Positions 50,223-59,952 of a stretch of 64,000 nucleotides of DNA are shown one piece after another. The notes under the pieces were generated by a model, which saw only the letters and a list, made by a program, of their open reading frames with translations, was not told the DNA's origin and made no database searches. The DNA lies in the IMG/VR virus record IMGVR_UViG_3300036790_000425, positions 64,001-128,000 of that record; one strand, written 5' to 3'. The DNA comes from a virus. The translations under genes and the position numbers were made by a program. The stretch's first letter is position 1, and every line of letters begins with the position of its first letter.

Positions 50223-52595
50223 TCACCTCGAAGCCTGGGCCGGGTAGGGGTTGGCCGGGGCCGAGCTGGTCGCCGCAGCCTCGTCGTTGTAGTCCGGCAG
50301 CAGCTTCAGCAGCTTCTGGGCCTCGCTGTTCAGGCCGATCGTGACGGACTTGCCGCCGCCCGCCGGGGTCGTGACCGCGCCGGGGTGCGACTTCTGGAAC
50401 TGCTGGAGTGAGGTGCCGAGCTGGCCGGGGGCCTTGCGCTTCTTCTCGGCCGCGGTCTGCGCGCCGGAGTTGATCAGGCCGTGCGTGATGGCGGAGGTGT
50501 CCCCGATCGCGGTGCCCTTGGAGTTGTAGAACTCGACCTGGCCGGCCTCCAGCTCGTTCGGGTAGTAGCGCATCGCGTCGGCCAGCGACATCACCCGCGA
50601 GCCGTTGCTGGTGGACACCTTCACCGAGTCGGCCTGGCCGGTGTTCTGGAGCAGGGCCTCCAGCACGGGGCTGCGCTGGCCGGCCGTCTTCTCGTTGCGC
50701 AGGTAAGCCGAGGCCGCCGTGCCGCCGGAGGACATCAGGTTCTGCTGCCAGGTCCGGCCCGGGGTCATCATCCCGGTGTGAACTCCCTGACCCGAGGAGG
50801 TCGGCCCGGTCGGCAGCGCCAGGCCGTACCGCCCGGTCGGGGCGCCGCCCTGGCCGGGACGGACGTTCGCCCCGGACGGGGTGCCCAGCGCGGAGTTGTG
50901 GCTGGCCTCGTTCACGCCCGCGGACTGGCTGACGATCCACTGGAACGCCTGGTCCGGGTTCATGCTGACGCCGGTCAGCCCGGAAATCTCCTGGGCCCAC
51001 AGCTGCTCGTTGATGTTGCCCTTCAGCTGCCACTGGTTCAGGAACTGCTGGGCCACCTGGTCGCGGATGGTCGGGTTCGACATGATCGCCTTGCCGCCGC
51101 CGACGCCGGAGATCATCTGGTTCAGCGAGGACTGCATCTGCTGGGTCATCAGCCCGCCGGCGGACAGGAACTGCATGTTCTGGCCGGCCAGCAGCTGGTT
51201 GTAGGCCTTCGGGTTGTTCCGGGCGGTGTACTGGAGCTGGGACGGGTTGATCCCGCTCATCCCGCTCAGCAGGTACTGGCGGGCGCTGGACAGCTCGCCG
51301 CTGAAGTTGACCCCGGAGAACTCCTTACCCATCGAGGCCTGCATCGAGGCGACCCCGCCGGCGATCGCGGGAGACCCGCCCCCGGCGCCCATCTGCTGGG
51401 CCCCGGCGAAGTACTGGATGAAGTTCTGCCGGGCGGCGTTGGCGTTGGTGCCCGCCTGGCCGGCCGTGTCAGACACCGACTTGAGCGCGTCAGACACGTT
51501 ATTCAGGTTGGTCACCGCGTTCTGGCTGGCCACCTGGAGTGCCTGCGCCGACTGGTTCACGTCCATGCCCGTGGAGGTGTAGTTGTGGTAGATGAAGTCC
51601 AGGGCGCTCTGCCGGTTCTGCATCTGCCCGGACTCACCCACGGCCGCCTGGTTGTAGCCCATCGAGGTGACCGCCCCGAAGGCAGCCGAGGCAGCCCCCT
51701 CGGGCATCCGGCCGAACATGGACAGCCCGTAGGCCGCCGCATGCAGCCGCTCGGTCTGGGCGCCCAGGTTCGAGCCGCCCTCGATCTCCTGGTAGGTCCG
51801 CCCGGCCTCGCGCTGGTTCAGGTAGAAGTTGGCGATCCCGCTGCCAGCGTCGGCCGCCAGGCCGATCACCGGGAGCTGGCGCAGCTGGCTGCCCAGCCCG
51901 CTGAGGCCGCCGGACATGGCAACCCGGGCGCCGACCTGCTGGAGCACCGCGGCACTCTGGAGTCCGCCGCGGCCGGGCGTGGCATGGCGGCCGGTACCGG
52001 AGATGAGCCCGGCCAGTCCGGTCCGGCCGGCGATCGGGTTGACGGGGGCGTTCGCGGCCGGGGCCCCGGCGGAGGCCGAGCCCGCGGCGGCGGCAGCGGC
52101 AGCACCCGAGCCAGCCGGTGCCGAGGCTGACGACGGCGTGCCAGCGGGGGTGCCGCCGGGCGGCTGCGCGGGGGTGGCCCCGGCCGAGGAGGGAGTTCCG
52201 GCCGGGGTCCCGCCGCCCCCGGAGCCGCCGCCGGGAGTCTCGTAGAGCGGCATGCCGGCTACCCACTGGCCGAGCTTCTGGGCGCCGTATGCCTGGAGGT
52301 TCTGCATGCTCGACAGCGCGCCCATCGGGGACACCTGGGTCTGCCGGGTGCCGTGCAGGCTGCCGCCCGCCCCGGCGACCTGCTGGAGCACGTCCTGGCG
52401 CAGCTGCGGCTGGCCCGCCATCTGGTAGCGCGAGTCAGCGCTGATGATGCGCTCCTGCATCGCGGTCTGGGCCTGGATGACCCGCTCCAGGCTGGCGATC
52501 GAGCGCGCCATGACCTGGAAGCCCTGAGTCATCTGCACGCCGGGATCCTGCCGGACCGACTGGTCCGGCTGGCCGTCGGGGAACGGGATCGTCAT
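50223..52595 (-). CDS. Tape measure protein
   Basis: 790 aa, A/G/Q/S-rich and helical, downstream of the frameshifted chaperones. Confidence 0.75.
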   Translation of the reverse strand: MTIPFPDGQPDQSVRQDPGVQMTQGFQVMARSIASLERVIQAQTAMQERIISADSRYQMAGQPQLRQDVLQQVAGAGGSLHGTRQTQVSPMGALSSMQNLQAYGAQKLGQWVAGMPLYETPGGGSGGGGTPAGTPSSAGATPAQPPGGTPAGTPSSASAPAGSGAAAAAAAGSASAGAPAANAPVNPIAGRTGLAGLISGTGRHATPGRGGLQSAAVLQQVGARVAMSGGLSGLGSQLRQLPVIGLAADAGSGIANFYLNQREAGRTYQEIEGGSNLGAQTERLHAAAYGLSMFGRMPEGAASAAFGAVTSMGYNQAAVGESGQMQNRQSALDFIYHNYTSTGMDVNQSAQALQVASQNAVTNLNNVSDALKSVSDTAGQAGTNANAARQNFIQYFAGAQQMGAGGGSPAIAGGVASMQASMGKEFSGVNFSGELSSARQYLLSGMSGINPSQLQYTARNNPKAYNQLLAGQNMQFLSAGGLMTQQMQSSLNQMISGVGGGKAIMSNPTIRDQVAQQFLNQWQLKGNINEQLWAQEISGLTGVSMNPDQAFQWIVSQSAGVNEASHNSALGTPSGANVRPGQGGAPTGRYGLALPTGPTSSGQGVHTGMMTPGRTWQQNLMSSGGTAASAYLRNEKTAGQRSPVLEALLQNTGQADSVKVSTSNGSRVMSLADAMRYYPNELEAGQVEFYNSKGTAIGDTSAITHGLINSGAQTAAEKKRKAPGQLGTSLQQFQKSHPGAVTTPAGGGKSVTIGLNSEAQKLLKLLPDYNDEAAATSSAPANPYPAQASR

Positions 52596-52768
52596 GGTGC
52601 CTCCGCATCTTCCGGGGGCCAGCCGTCGGAGTTATCAGTGGCCAGGTCAGCCAGCGGGTCGGCGCCCTGGTCCCGGTCGCTGCGGTAGCCGAGCCGCTGG
52701 CGCAGCCACCAGGCGTCCCGGCACGAGTTATAGCCCTGGCAGCGCAGGTGATCGCAGTCCGTGTTCAC
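52592..52768 (-). CDS. Small 58-aa Cys-containing protein (below the ORF-track cutoff)
   Basis: MNTDCDHLRCQGYNSCRDAWWLR... GGGAG RBS. The stop overlaps the tape measure ATG (ATGA). Confidence 0.45.
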   Translation of the reverse strand: MNTDCDHLRCQGYNSCRDAWWLRQRLGYRSDRDQGADPLADLATDNSDGWPPEDAEAP

Positions 52769-52860
52769 TGGTCCGGGACTCCCGTCCGCGAGGGGTTCTG
52801 TTAATCCCTCATATGCGAAGAGAGTCCGGTTACCCCACGCGGCGTGAGGCCACGGTCTGG

Positions 52861-53304
52861 TTACGTCCAGTTCACGTCGGGCAGGTCCCGGTCCATGCCG
52901 GGCGGCGGCTCGGGGTCAGGCTCCTCGCGGACACTGACCCGGGCGTACGCGGCGGCCATCGCCTCCATGTCCGCCTCGAAGGAGGACGCGGTCGCCTCCT
53001 CCAGCCGGAAGCCGCTCATGTCCGCGCCGGCTGAGGGGAAGGCCGGGTCGCCCTCGTCACCGATCGCGAAGTACTCCGGCCAGGCGTCCGCCGGAGTCTG
53101 CCAGCCGGCGGCGACAGCAGCAGCCCGGGCGGCATCGCGGCGCCGGGCGCGCTGCGCCTGGCCGTCCAGGAAGTACAGGATCTCCAGGCCCGCCTGCGCG
53201 GGCGCCGACAGTGACGGGCCGGTCAGGAGTCCCCTGCGCTCGGCAAGCCGGAGCTGGCGCTCCACCCAGGGATCGCAGGTCCCCCCGGGCCCGAGGCTTT
53301 TCCC
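52861..53304 (-). CDS. Tail assembly chaperone, -1 frameshift extension (gpGT-like)
   Basis: Open -1 frame GKSLGPGGTCDPWVERQLRLAERRGLL... entered at G GGA AAA. Confidence 0.75.
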   Translation of the reverse strand, partial: GKSLGPGGTCDPWVERQLRLAERRGLLTGPSLSAPAQAGLEILYFLDGQAQRARRRDAARAAAVAAGWQTPADAWPEYFAIGDEGDPAFPSAGADMSGFRLEEATASSFEADMEAMAAAYARVSVREEPDPEPPPGMDRDLPDVNWT

Positions 53305-53795
53305 AGGCCGTCCATGACAGCCCGCTGCCGGACCTCCAGCTGGAAGTAGGCGTCCATGATCGCGTCGATGGTGGGCGGGTACCAGCGCTGGGCGTAGTTG
53401 AACCGCTCCAGGGCCCACTTCCACGGCCGGGCCGGGTCCTCCCCGAGCGGGACGGGCATCGGCTGGCCGTCGATGCCGGTAACAGCCAGCGCCGCAGTCG
53501 CCGTGGCATAGGCCTTCATGCCTCCCATCGAGCCCTCGTACTCCTTGATCAGGGCGGCGACCAGCAGCTCCTCATTGGTGCGCAGGGTCCTCAGCGCGAC
53601 CCGGTGGCCGCACCAGCTGAACGAGGCATGCAGCTCACCGAGTTTCAGCAGGCCGATGAAGTCATCCCGCCAGGGGCCGGTGTCGGGATCCTCGATATCG
53701 AGATCAACGCTCTCCCGGCTGCCCTGGAGCGTGCTGGCAGCCGGGACAGCCTCGTCCGGGAACGGGGCCGGGGTCTCCTGTTCCGCGGTAGTCAC
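53223..53795 (-). CDS. Tail assembly chaperone (gpG-like)
   Basis: Lies between the tail tube and tape measure genes and has a slippery GGGAAAA near its 3' end. Confidence 0.8.
   Translation of the reverse strand: MTTAEQETPAPFPDEAVPAASTLQGSRESVDLDIEDPDTGPWRDDFIGLLKLGELHASFSWCGHRVALRTLRTNEELLVAALIKEYEGSMGGMKAYATATAALAVTGIDGQPMPVPLGEDPARPWKWALERFNYAQRWYPPTIDAIMDAYFQLEVRQRAVMDGLGKASGPGGPAIPGWSASSGLPSAGDS
53298..53304 (-). other. Programmed -1 frameshift site G GGA AAA
   Basis: X XXY YYZ heptamer in the correct register (CTG GGA AAA = L G K). Confidence 0.8.
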
Positions 53796-53968
53796 TTCTC
53801 GGGGATCTCCTCGCGCTGGCCGTCGGCGGCCTCCTCCATCACCTCGGTGATCACGTCATGACCGGTGAAGATGACGACGGCATGCTGGCCGTTGCAGCGG
53901 ATCTTGCACTCAACATGGCCCCGCTGAGTGCGCCTCGCCTCAACCCTGACATTGATCTGACCGCTCAT
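53792..53968 (-). CDS. Small 58-aa protein (below the ORF-track cutoff)
   Basis: MSGQINVRVEARRTQRGHVECKIRC... CAGGAGG RBS. ATGA and GTGA overlaps at its two ends. Confidence 0.65.
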   Translation of the reverse strand: MSGQINVRVEARRTQRGHVECKIRCNGQHAVVIFTGHDVITEVMEEAADGQREEIPEK

Positions 53969-54159
53969 CGGGTCCTCCTGCGTGCCTGCGCTCGCTGCCG
54001 GGCACGCCGGGCGGCCAGGTCAGGTCCGGCCGCCGGAGCGGGGGCAGGAGCTGCCGCGAGGGCAGCCTGCTGCTCAGGCGGGTCGTTGACGATAACGGAC
54101 ACGGAGCCGGTCAGCACCTGACCCGGCCCCGTGACCGTCACGTCGATCTGAAGGATCAC
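53965..54159 (-). CDS. Small hypothetical protein
   Basis: Coupled on both sides. Confidence 0.5.
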   Translation of the reverse strand: MILQIDVTVTGPGQVLTGSVSVIVNDPPEQQAALAAAPAPAPAAGPDLAARRARQRAQARRRTR

Positions 54160-54467
54160 GCGCCCGGCGGGGTCCCGACCGTGCCGGTGAACACGGCGGT
54201 GCCGGGCTCGCTGCTGGACTGGGTGTACTGGTCACCCAGGCCGTCGGTCACCGCGACATTGAGCGGCGCAGCCGGGGTGCCGCCGACTGTCACGTCCACC
54301 GTGCCCTCGGCGGTTGAGCCGTCGGGGTTGGTGACCACGGCGGTCACGGTCAGGGTGGTCCCCGGGTTGTCGGGGTCCTGGTACTCCACCGTGACCGTGA
54401 TCGGGTCGCCGGGGTTGTAGTTGCTCTTGTCGGTCGTGACTACGACCGGCGGAGTGGGGCTGCTCAA
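54156..54467 (-). CDS. Ig-like beta-sandwich protein, probably virion decoration
   Basis: TDKS.Y.PGD.ITVTV, T/V-rich. GGGAGG RBS. Confidence 0.65.
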   Translation of the reverse strand: MSSPTPPVVVTTDKSNYNPGDPITVTVEYQDPDNPGTTLTVTAVVTNPDGSTAEGTVDVTVGGTPAAPLNVAVTDGLGDQYTQSSSEPGTAVFTGTVGTPPGA

Positions 54468-54524
54468 GGCGGTTCCTCCCGGAAGTCAGAGTGGTCCTCT
54501 CACCTTCCGGGGGCCGCCGGGCGG

Positions 54525-54890
54525 TCAGGCAGCGAGGCCGGGCTTGCCAGCCTTCTCCCAGTCCTCCAGCGCCTGCTCCGGGATGCGGCCCCGGTCCTTG
54601 ACCCGGTAGCCCTGGCTCCGGGCCCAGGCCCGGGCGGCGGCGCGCTCCTCGCGCTGCGCCTGCGGGCGCTTCCTGGCCTTCCCGGTGCGCGTGGCGGGGA
54701 TGCGCCGGGCAACCTCGCTGAAGGGCTCCAGGGCACCCCGCATGAGGTCCAGGTGCTGCTGGCTCAGGTCGATCTCGTACTCCTGGCCGTCCAGGGCGAA
54801 GGAGACGGTGGCCACGGCCCCGGTCTCCCGGGGCGGGGTGAGGCCAAGATCCAGGTCATCGAGCATCTGAATTTCCACGTGCCGGGCCAT
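54525..54890 (-). CDS. lsr2: Lsr2-family nucleoid-associated protein
   Basis: MARHVEIQMLDDLD, TV.FALDG..YEIDLS, R.WAR..G..V..RGRIP (AT-hook). Confidence 0.93.
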   Translation of the reverse strand: MARHVEIQMLDDLDLGLTPPRETGAVATVSFALDGQEYEIDLSQQHLDLMRGALEPFSEVARRIPATRTGKARKRPQAQREERAAARAWARSQGYRVKDRGRIPEQALEDWEKAGKPGLAA

Positions 54891-54954
54891 TATCGGTCCT
54901 TCTGATCCGGGGATTGGACGAAAGGAACGATAACATGCTCAGTCGTTTATTGGA

Positions 54955-55476
54955 TCACTTGCTGGCCTTGTTGCTGTTCAGCGGAACGTAGTGCGTATAG
55001 GCGAAGGTAATGCCCTTGGTGACGGCCAGGGCGCCCACGGTCACGGTCTCGCCGTCGTTGATGTCCACCACGGTGACGTTCTGGTAGGCCTTCCCGCGCC
55101 ACTTCGAGGGGGTGCTCTCGGTGCCCGGCGGCTTGATCACCATGCTGGCCGTGACGTAGTTCGGGTCAGCGGCCAGGGCCTTGAAGATGTCCACCATGTT
55201 CCAGGTGCCGGTCAGCCCGGCCAGCTGCCACCACACCGGCTGGTTCCACAGCTCCCGGATGGTGATCATCACGGTGCCGCCGCTGATCACGCGCGAGGTG
55301 GCGATCTCGGCCGGCCGGGTCCAGCCGATCGGCTGGATGAACTGGTACGGCTGGCCGATATCGGAGAACGCCCGCTGGCCGCTGTCCTCCCAGCCCTCGC
55401 AGTAGGCGATGGGCTTCTTGTTATAGCTCAGGACGGTATAACCCGAGCCAACTACCCTGGCCTTGGTGGCCGCCAT
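54955..55476 (-). CDS. Tail tube protein
   Basis: Follows the sheath gene. RVVGSG, IQPIG...P.EI.T.R...GT......ELW..PVW..L.G. Confidence 0.8.
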   Translation of the reverse strand: MAATKARVVGSGYTVLSYNKKPIAYCEGWEDSGQRAFSDIGQPYQFIQPIGWTRPAEIATSRVISGGTVMITIRELWNQPVWWQLAGLTGTWNMVDIFKALAADPNYVTASMVIKPPGTESTPSKWRGKAYQNVTVVDINDGETVTVGALAVTKGITFAYTHYVPLNSNKASK

Positions 55477-55493
55477 GATCATTTACCTCTCGG

Positions 55494-57029
55494 TCAGGTC
55501 CCGGTCGCAGAAGCGTTCTGCTGCGACTGAGCGGCCACCAGGCCGGTGGACAGGTCCACCGACATCTGCACGGTGATGTAGTTCAGCGGCGCCGCCGGCA
55601 GGTACTGGAAGGTGACGGAGATCACCGTCGGGTTGCCAGTCGGGTAGGTCTGCTGGATCACGGACAGATTCGTGTAATCCACGATCACGTCATTGCTGAT
55701 CGCGGCCTCCAGGATGCCGAGCACGGCCTCCTGAACGGTGGTGACGGTATTGGCGGTGATCGGCTGGCCGATGAGCCCGGACCCCTGGAGGCCCTGCTTC
55801 ACCGCGACCAGGAGCGTGTCCGACTGGCGGACCAGGGAGATCTCCTGGAAATTCAGCGCGCTCATATCGGTCGTGAGTCCCTGCCGGCAGGCCAGGGCCC
55901 CGGCGAAGTTGATGTAGCAGATGCTCACGCCCGAGGACGCCAGGCTGTTCATGAAGGCGTTGGTCATCCGGGCGATGTCAGCCTGGGCCAGCCCGGGGAA
56001 GCCCGACAGCGGCTGGTTGGTCAGGCCGGTGTTGACCGGCAGCGAGGTCAGGATGGCGCCCAGGGCGACAGCCAGGTAACAGCCGGCCGCCTGGAAGGTC
56101 TGGCCGGTGACCGAGTTGAACATCGGCACGACCTCGGGGAAGGCCAGGATCGTGCGCCGGCTGGCCAGCCCGGCCGCGAACGTCGGGACCGACTCGTCAG
56201 TCTCGGAGTAGTTCCGGGGGAAGCCGAAGAAGCCCTGCCGGGGGAAGCCGTCGCTGTAGGCGCTCCACATGGCCGCGTCCAGGCCGGCCGCCAGGCTCGA
56301 TGCCAGCGCGGCCACGGTGCCGGAATTGACGGTCAGGTCGTCAGTGAAGACCGGGACCACCACGGTGGCAGCGCCCTGGGTGGCAACCCGGCTATAGGCC
56401 GCGCTGAACTGCTCAGGCAGGCCCCCGTCAGCCGGGTTGAGCGCCACGCAGATCAGGGTGGTCGCCCCGTTGGTGAAAGCCACCAGCGCGGCAGCCGTCA
56501 GCGGGTTGTCGATCTGGGAGGCGTTCGCCGCGCCCGGCGCCGTGGCCAGGAAGGCCTGGCCGTAGGCGGTCACCACCGACTGGTAGTCAGTGAAGACCTG
56601 CGGCTGGTAGTAGCCCGAGTCAGCGTAGTTGTAGGTGACCGTGACCTGCTGGCCGTCGGAGACCGCCGTGGAGTCGCTGACCCGCACGATGCTCGTGGTG
56701 GCCAGGCCGGGATCGCCTGAGGGATCAGTGACCGTGGTCAGGCTGTAGTCCGTGCCGGGAGTCAGCACCGTGCCGTCCAGCAGGGTCACCACCGGGGCCG
56801 TGATCAGCGGCGGGCCGGATACCTCGGTGGTGAACACGCCCATGTAGGTCAGCGGCACCGAGGACGCGGCCGAGATCAGCAGGCCCTGCACGGCGGTCCG
56901 GAAGCCCAGGGCCGGGCCCACCAGGGTGAGCACCTGGGATGGCACCAGGGTCGGCACCACGATAGGCGTGCTGACGTCCTCCACAAAGACGCCCGGAGGC
57001 TGGTATGTGCTGAAAGACGGGATGGTCAC
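55494..57029 (-). CDS. Contractile tail sheath protein
   Basis: Y.PPGVFVE at the N-terminus. RQGLTT, EIS.VR..D, V.F.Y.P..PLNYI.V at the C-terminus. Confidence 0.92.
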   Translation of the reverse strand: MTIPSFSTYQPPGVFVEDVSTPIVVPTLVPSQVLTLVGPALGFRTAVQGLLISAASSVPLTYMGVFTTEVSGPPLITAPVVTLLDGTVLTPGTDYSLTTVTDPSGDPGLATTSIVRVSDSTAVSDGQQVTVTYNYADSGYYQPQVFTDYQSVVTAYGQAFLATAPGAANASQIDNPLTAAALVAFTNGATTLICVALNPADGGLPEQFSAAYSRVATQGAATVVVPVFTDDLTVNSGTVAALASSLAAGLDAAMWSAYSDGFPRQGFFGFPRNYSETDESVPTFAAGLASRRTILAFPEVVPMFNSVTGQTFQAAGCYLAVALGAILTSLPVNTGLTNQPLSGFPGLAQADIARMTNAFMNSLASSGVSICYINFAGALACRQGLTTDMSALNFQEISLVRQSDTLLVAVKQGLQGSGLIGQPITANTVTTVQEAVLGILEAAISNDVIVDYTNLSVIQQTYPTGNPTVISVTFQYLPAAPLNYITVQMSVDLSTGLVAAQSQQNASATGT

Positions 57030-57059
57030 GCTGGCTCCTCTGCCTCGTTTCTTCCGGGG

Positions 57060-57686
57060 CTAGCTGGTGATGTCGATGACCGAGGTCTCATCCGGGGCGC
57101 CGCCGTTGGTGGCGACCACCTGGATCTCGGTCAGGTTGACCAGCTCGGTGCTGTTCGGGTCGGACACGAACTCCCCGATGACCTGGATGGCGAAGCCGCG
57201 CTCGTAGATCACGTCCATCGTGGCCCAGGGCGTCCCCGGGGCGGCGGCGGACGGCCGGTCTTCCACGGTGTCAAAGGACCAGACGCTGGCGATCAGCGGC
57301 GCAGCCTCGACCACCTGGCGGAACTTCGAGGGGAACTCCGACTGGGCCGCGTAGGCCGTCATCGCGATCAGCTGGTCATAGATCAGGTCGCGCTCGTTCG
57401 AGCTGAGCGCCACCACGGTGAAGGTCACGTGCCCGGCGAACCGCCAGCGCGCGTAGGCGTTGCCGTCGGCGTCCATCTCGGTGTAGGCGATGCCGACCGT
57501 GCGCAGCTCGCTGCCCTCGTAATCCACCCAGACGGCCGGGTAGCTGGCCTCCTCGACCGGGTACTCGATCGAGACGTAGACGGGCTTCTGGCCGCCGTCA
57601 GCATCAGGCGCGGGGTAGCGGGCCAGGAACGACTGCTGGATGGCATCGACAGCCGTCGTCTTGATCGTCCGGAGAAACCCGCTCAC
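57060..57686 (-). CDS. Tail terminator/completion protein
   Basis: Upstream of the sheath gene. SIEYP....YP..WV, VALSS.ERD..YD. Confidence 0.7.
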   Translation of the reverse strand: MSGFLRTIKTTAVDAIQQSFLARYPAPDADGGQKPVYVSIEYPVEEASYPAVWVDYEGSELRTVGIAYTEMDADGNAYARWRFAGHVTFTVVALSSNERDLIYDQLIAMTAYAAQSEFPSKFRQVVEAAPLIASVWSFDTVEDRPSAAAPGTPWATMDVIYERGFAIQVIGEFVSDPNSTELVNLTEIQVVATNGGAPDETSVIDITS

Positions 57687-57885
57687 ACTACTTCCGGGCC
57701 GGGCATGCAGAAGGGCCCTCGGCAGGCAGTGTCCGGATACACACCGGGCATGCAGGAGGCCCGGCACTCGCGCACCGGGCCGTCCCGTCACTGGCGGAGC
57801 AACGGCATGTGACTCCGCTGATCAGGGTAACCCGGGAGAGCGCGGCTGAGTAGTCTGTGCGATTGCGGCAGCAGAAGGGTGACTC

Positions 57886-59301
57886 TTGAGCCAGCGTTCC
57901 CGCGCGCCAGTGCACAGAGACCGCTCGGGCCCCGCTGCCTGGTGGCGGGCCCGCACGTCGGCCATCGACCTGTCTCTCCTGGAGCGCGTCCTAGGCGGCC
58001 TGCGGCGGATCCCGGAGGACCCGCCCCCGGCACAGTCCAACGGTCATGTCCCGCTGCCCCGGAGGCAGCTGTCCAGGGCAGCGCCGCGAGGGGAGCACGC
58101 CCGGCTGCCCGTGAGCACCCCGGAGCCGCCGCTCCCGCCGGAGCCCGGGCCCGCGGACCCGGCTATCGTCGCGGTGCGCGCCTCGTTCGACGCCCTGGGC
58201 GATAACGAGGACAAGGCGACCAACTACTTCTACAGCTGCCTGTTCGTCGCCCACCCCGAGCTGCGGCAGATGTTCCCGCCCGCGATGGATGAGCAGCGGG
58301 ACCGGCTGTTCCGGGCCATCCGCAAGATCGTGGACACGATGAGCACGCCCGCCGAGCTGGCGGACTACCTGGCGCAGCTCGGCCGCGATCACCGCAAGTA
58401 CGGGGTCACCCCGCAGATGTACGGCGCCCTGGGCGAGGCATTCAACCAGGCGCTGCGCAGGTACGCCGGGGCAGTGTTCACCCCGGCCGCGGAGGAGGCC
58501 TGGACGCAGGCTTACCTGGCGGCCTCCTCGATCATGATCCGGGCAGCCGAGTCCGATCCGGGGCCGGCATCCGTGACCGGGTACGTGATCGAGCACAGCT
58601 ACCGGGGCAACGGGATCGCGACCATGACCGTGGCCCCGGCCGGGCCGCTGCCCTACCTGGCCGGCCAGCACGTCACGATTGAGCACCCGCGCTGGCCGCG
58701 GGTGTGGCGGCCGTACTCGATCGCCAACCGGCCGCGCGACGACGGGATGCTGACCTTCCACGTCAGGGCGGTGTCCGGCGGCTGGGTCAGCAGCTCCCTG
58801 GTGCACTACACCAGCCCCGGCATGCAGCTGACCCTCGGGCCGGCGCTCGGCGGCATGACCCTGGGCCGGGCCGCCAGCCGGGATCTGGTGTGCATCGCCG
58901 GCGGCACCGGGCTGAGCCCGGTGAAGGCCATCGTGGAGCAAGCCGTCCGGGACTCCCTGAGCCGCGGGGAGGCCCGCTCGGTGCACCTGTACTGCGGTGC
59001 CCGGCACCGCGAGGAGCTGTACGACCTGGAGGGGCTGTGGAAGATCTCCGACGCCTATCCGGGCCTGATCGTCACCCCTGTCACCTCCGACGACGTGCTG
59101 TTCGAGGGCATGCAGGGCAACGTCGGCCGGGTGGCAGCCCGGTACCTGCCGCACGGTGACTGCGAGGTCTACGTGGCCGGCCCGGAGAAGATGGTCCGGG
59201 AGACGATCATCCTGCTGGCTGCTGCGGGAGTGCCGCCGGACCGGGTGCACTACGATGACGCGCTGCTGGCCGGGCGCGAGCGCGTCGGCTCAGGTACCTG
59301 A
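57886..59301 (+). CDS. Flavohemoglobin-like protein (globin + FAD-binding + NAD-binding domains); the true start may be GTG 58111
   Basis: FY..LF..HPELR.MFP, MDEQR..L, LGRDHRKYGV, RPYSIAN, GG.VS..L, IAGGTGLSP, YVAGP..M. Confidence 0.9.
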   Translation: MSQRSRAPVHRDRSGPAAWWRARTSAIDLSLLERVLGGLRRIPEDPPPAQSNGHVPLPRRQLSRAAPRGEHARLPVSTPEPPLPPEPGPADPAIVAVRASFDALGDNEDKATNYFYSCLFVAHPELRQMFPPAMDEQRDRLFRAIRKIVDTMSTPAELADYLAQLGRDHRKYGVTPQMYGALGEAFNQALRRYAGAVFTPAAEEAWTQAYLAASSIMIRAAESDPGPASVTGYVIEHSYRGNGIATMTVAPAGPLPYLAGQHVTIEHPRWPRVWRPYSIANRPRDDGMLTFHVRAVSGGWVSSSLVHYTSPGMQLTLGPALGGMTLGRAASRDLVCIAGGTGLSPVKAIVEQAVRDSLSRGEARSVHLYCGARHREELYDLEGLWKISDAYPGLIVTPVTSDDVLFEGMQGNVGRVAARYLPHGDCEVYVAGPEKMVRETIILLAAAGVPPDRVHYDDALLAGRERVGSGT

Positions 59302-59952
59302 CACCCCGAAGAAGTCGCCGCCCTTGTGCCGGGGATTGTCGGTGCCCCAGTGCCGGACGCGAGGCCCGGGGACCAGCTTGGGGATGTGCTTGGAGCAGTG
59401 CACGTAGGCCTCCTCGACGCGCACCGCCACCCAGTGCTCGGCCCGCCGGCCGGGGCTCGTCTCATCCGGCACGCCCGGGTCCAGGAGCTGCATCTCCTGG
59501 CGGGTCAGGATGCGGGCCTCGCCGTTCACGTGCAGGCCGATCAGGTCCCGGGTGAAGTCCACCAGGAAGATTCCGATATGCGGGTTCTCCGCGATGTTCC
59601 CGAGGCTGGCCAGGACTCCGTTGCCCCGGTACTCGGGGTAGGCCAGCGTGCTGGTGCCGAGCACCCGGATGAAGCCTGGCGCTCCTGCCCGCATGCTGGA
59701 GTCGCACTCGCCCCGGGAGTCGGAGGTGGCGATGAAGGCCAGCTCCATCCGGCTGATGAACTCGATCATCCGCGGAGTCAGCGCGGTGGCGAACTGGGTC
59801 CGGTAGAAGCGCTCGGCCCGGTCCCGGGTATCGTCCCGGTCCTGGATCAGGTGCTCCCCGGCGGACCCGGGGCGGGTGTCCTGAGGCGATGCCGCGGGCG
59901 CGGCCAGGTGCTTAGGGGCACGGGTCCGCCGGAACGGGGAGAGCAGAGACAC
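59290..59952 (-). CDS. Pyridoxamine 5'-phosphate oxidase-family FMN-binding protein
   Basis: GEH..Q, M.EFI, FIATSD..G.CD.S.R.G.PGF, YPEYRGNG..ASLGNI.ENP, VEEAY.HC.KHIP. Confidence 0.88.
   Translation of the reverse strand: MSLLSPFRRTRAPKHLAAPAASPQDTRPGSAGEHLIQDRDDTRDRAERFYRTQFATALTPRMIEFISRMELAFIATSDSRGECDSSMRAGAPGFIRVLGTSTLAYPEYRGNGVLASLGNIAENPHIGIFLVDFTRDLIGLHVNGEARILTRQEMQLLDPGVPDETSPGRRAEHWVAVRVEEAYVHCSKHIPKLVPGPRVRHWGTDNPRHKGGDFFGVSGT

Noticed and set aside
29318-57686. Tail cluster interpreted as an extracellular contractile injection system or tailocin
   Set aside because: It is contiguous with phage replication genes, neck and head-tail genes and a frameshifted chaperone. No eCIS AAA ATPase is visible, so a phage is more parsimonious.
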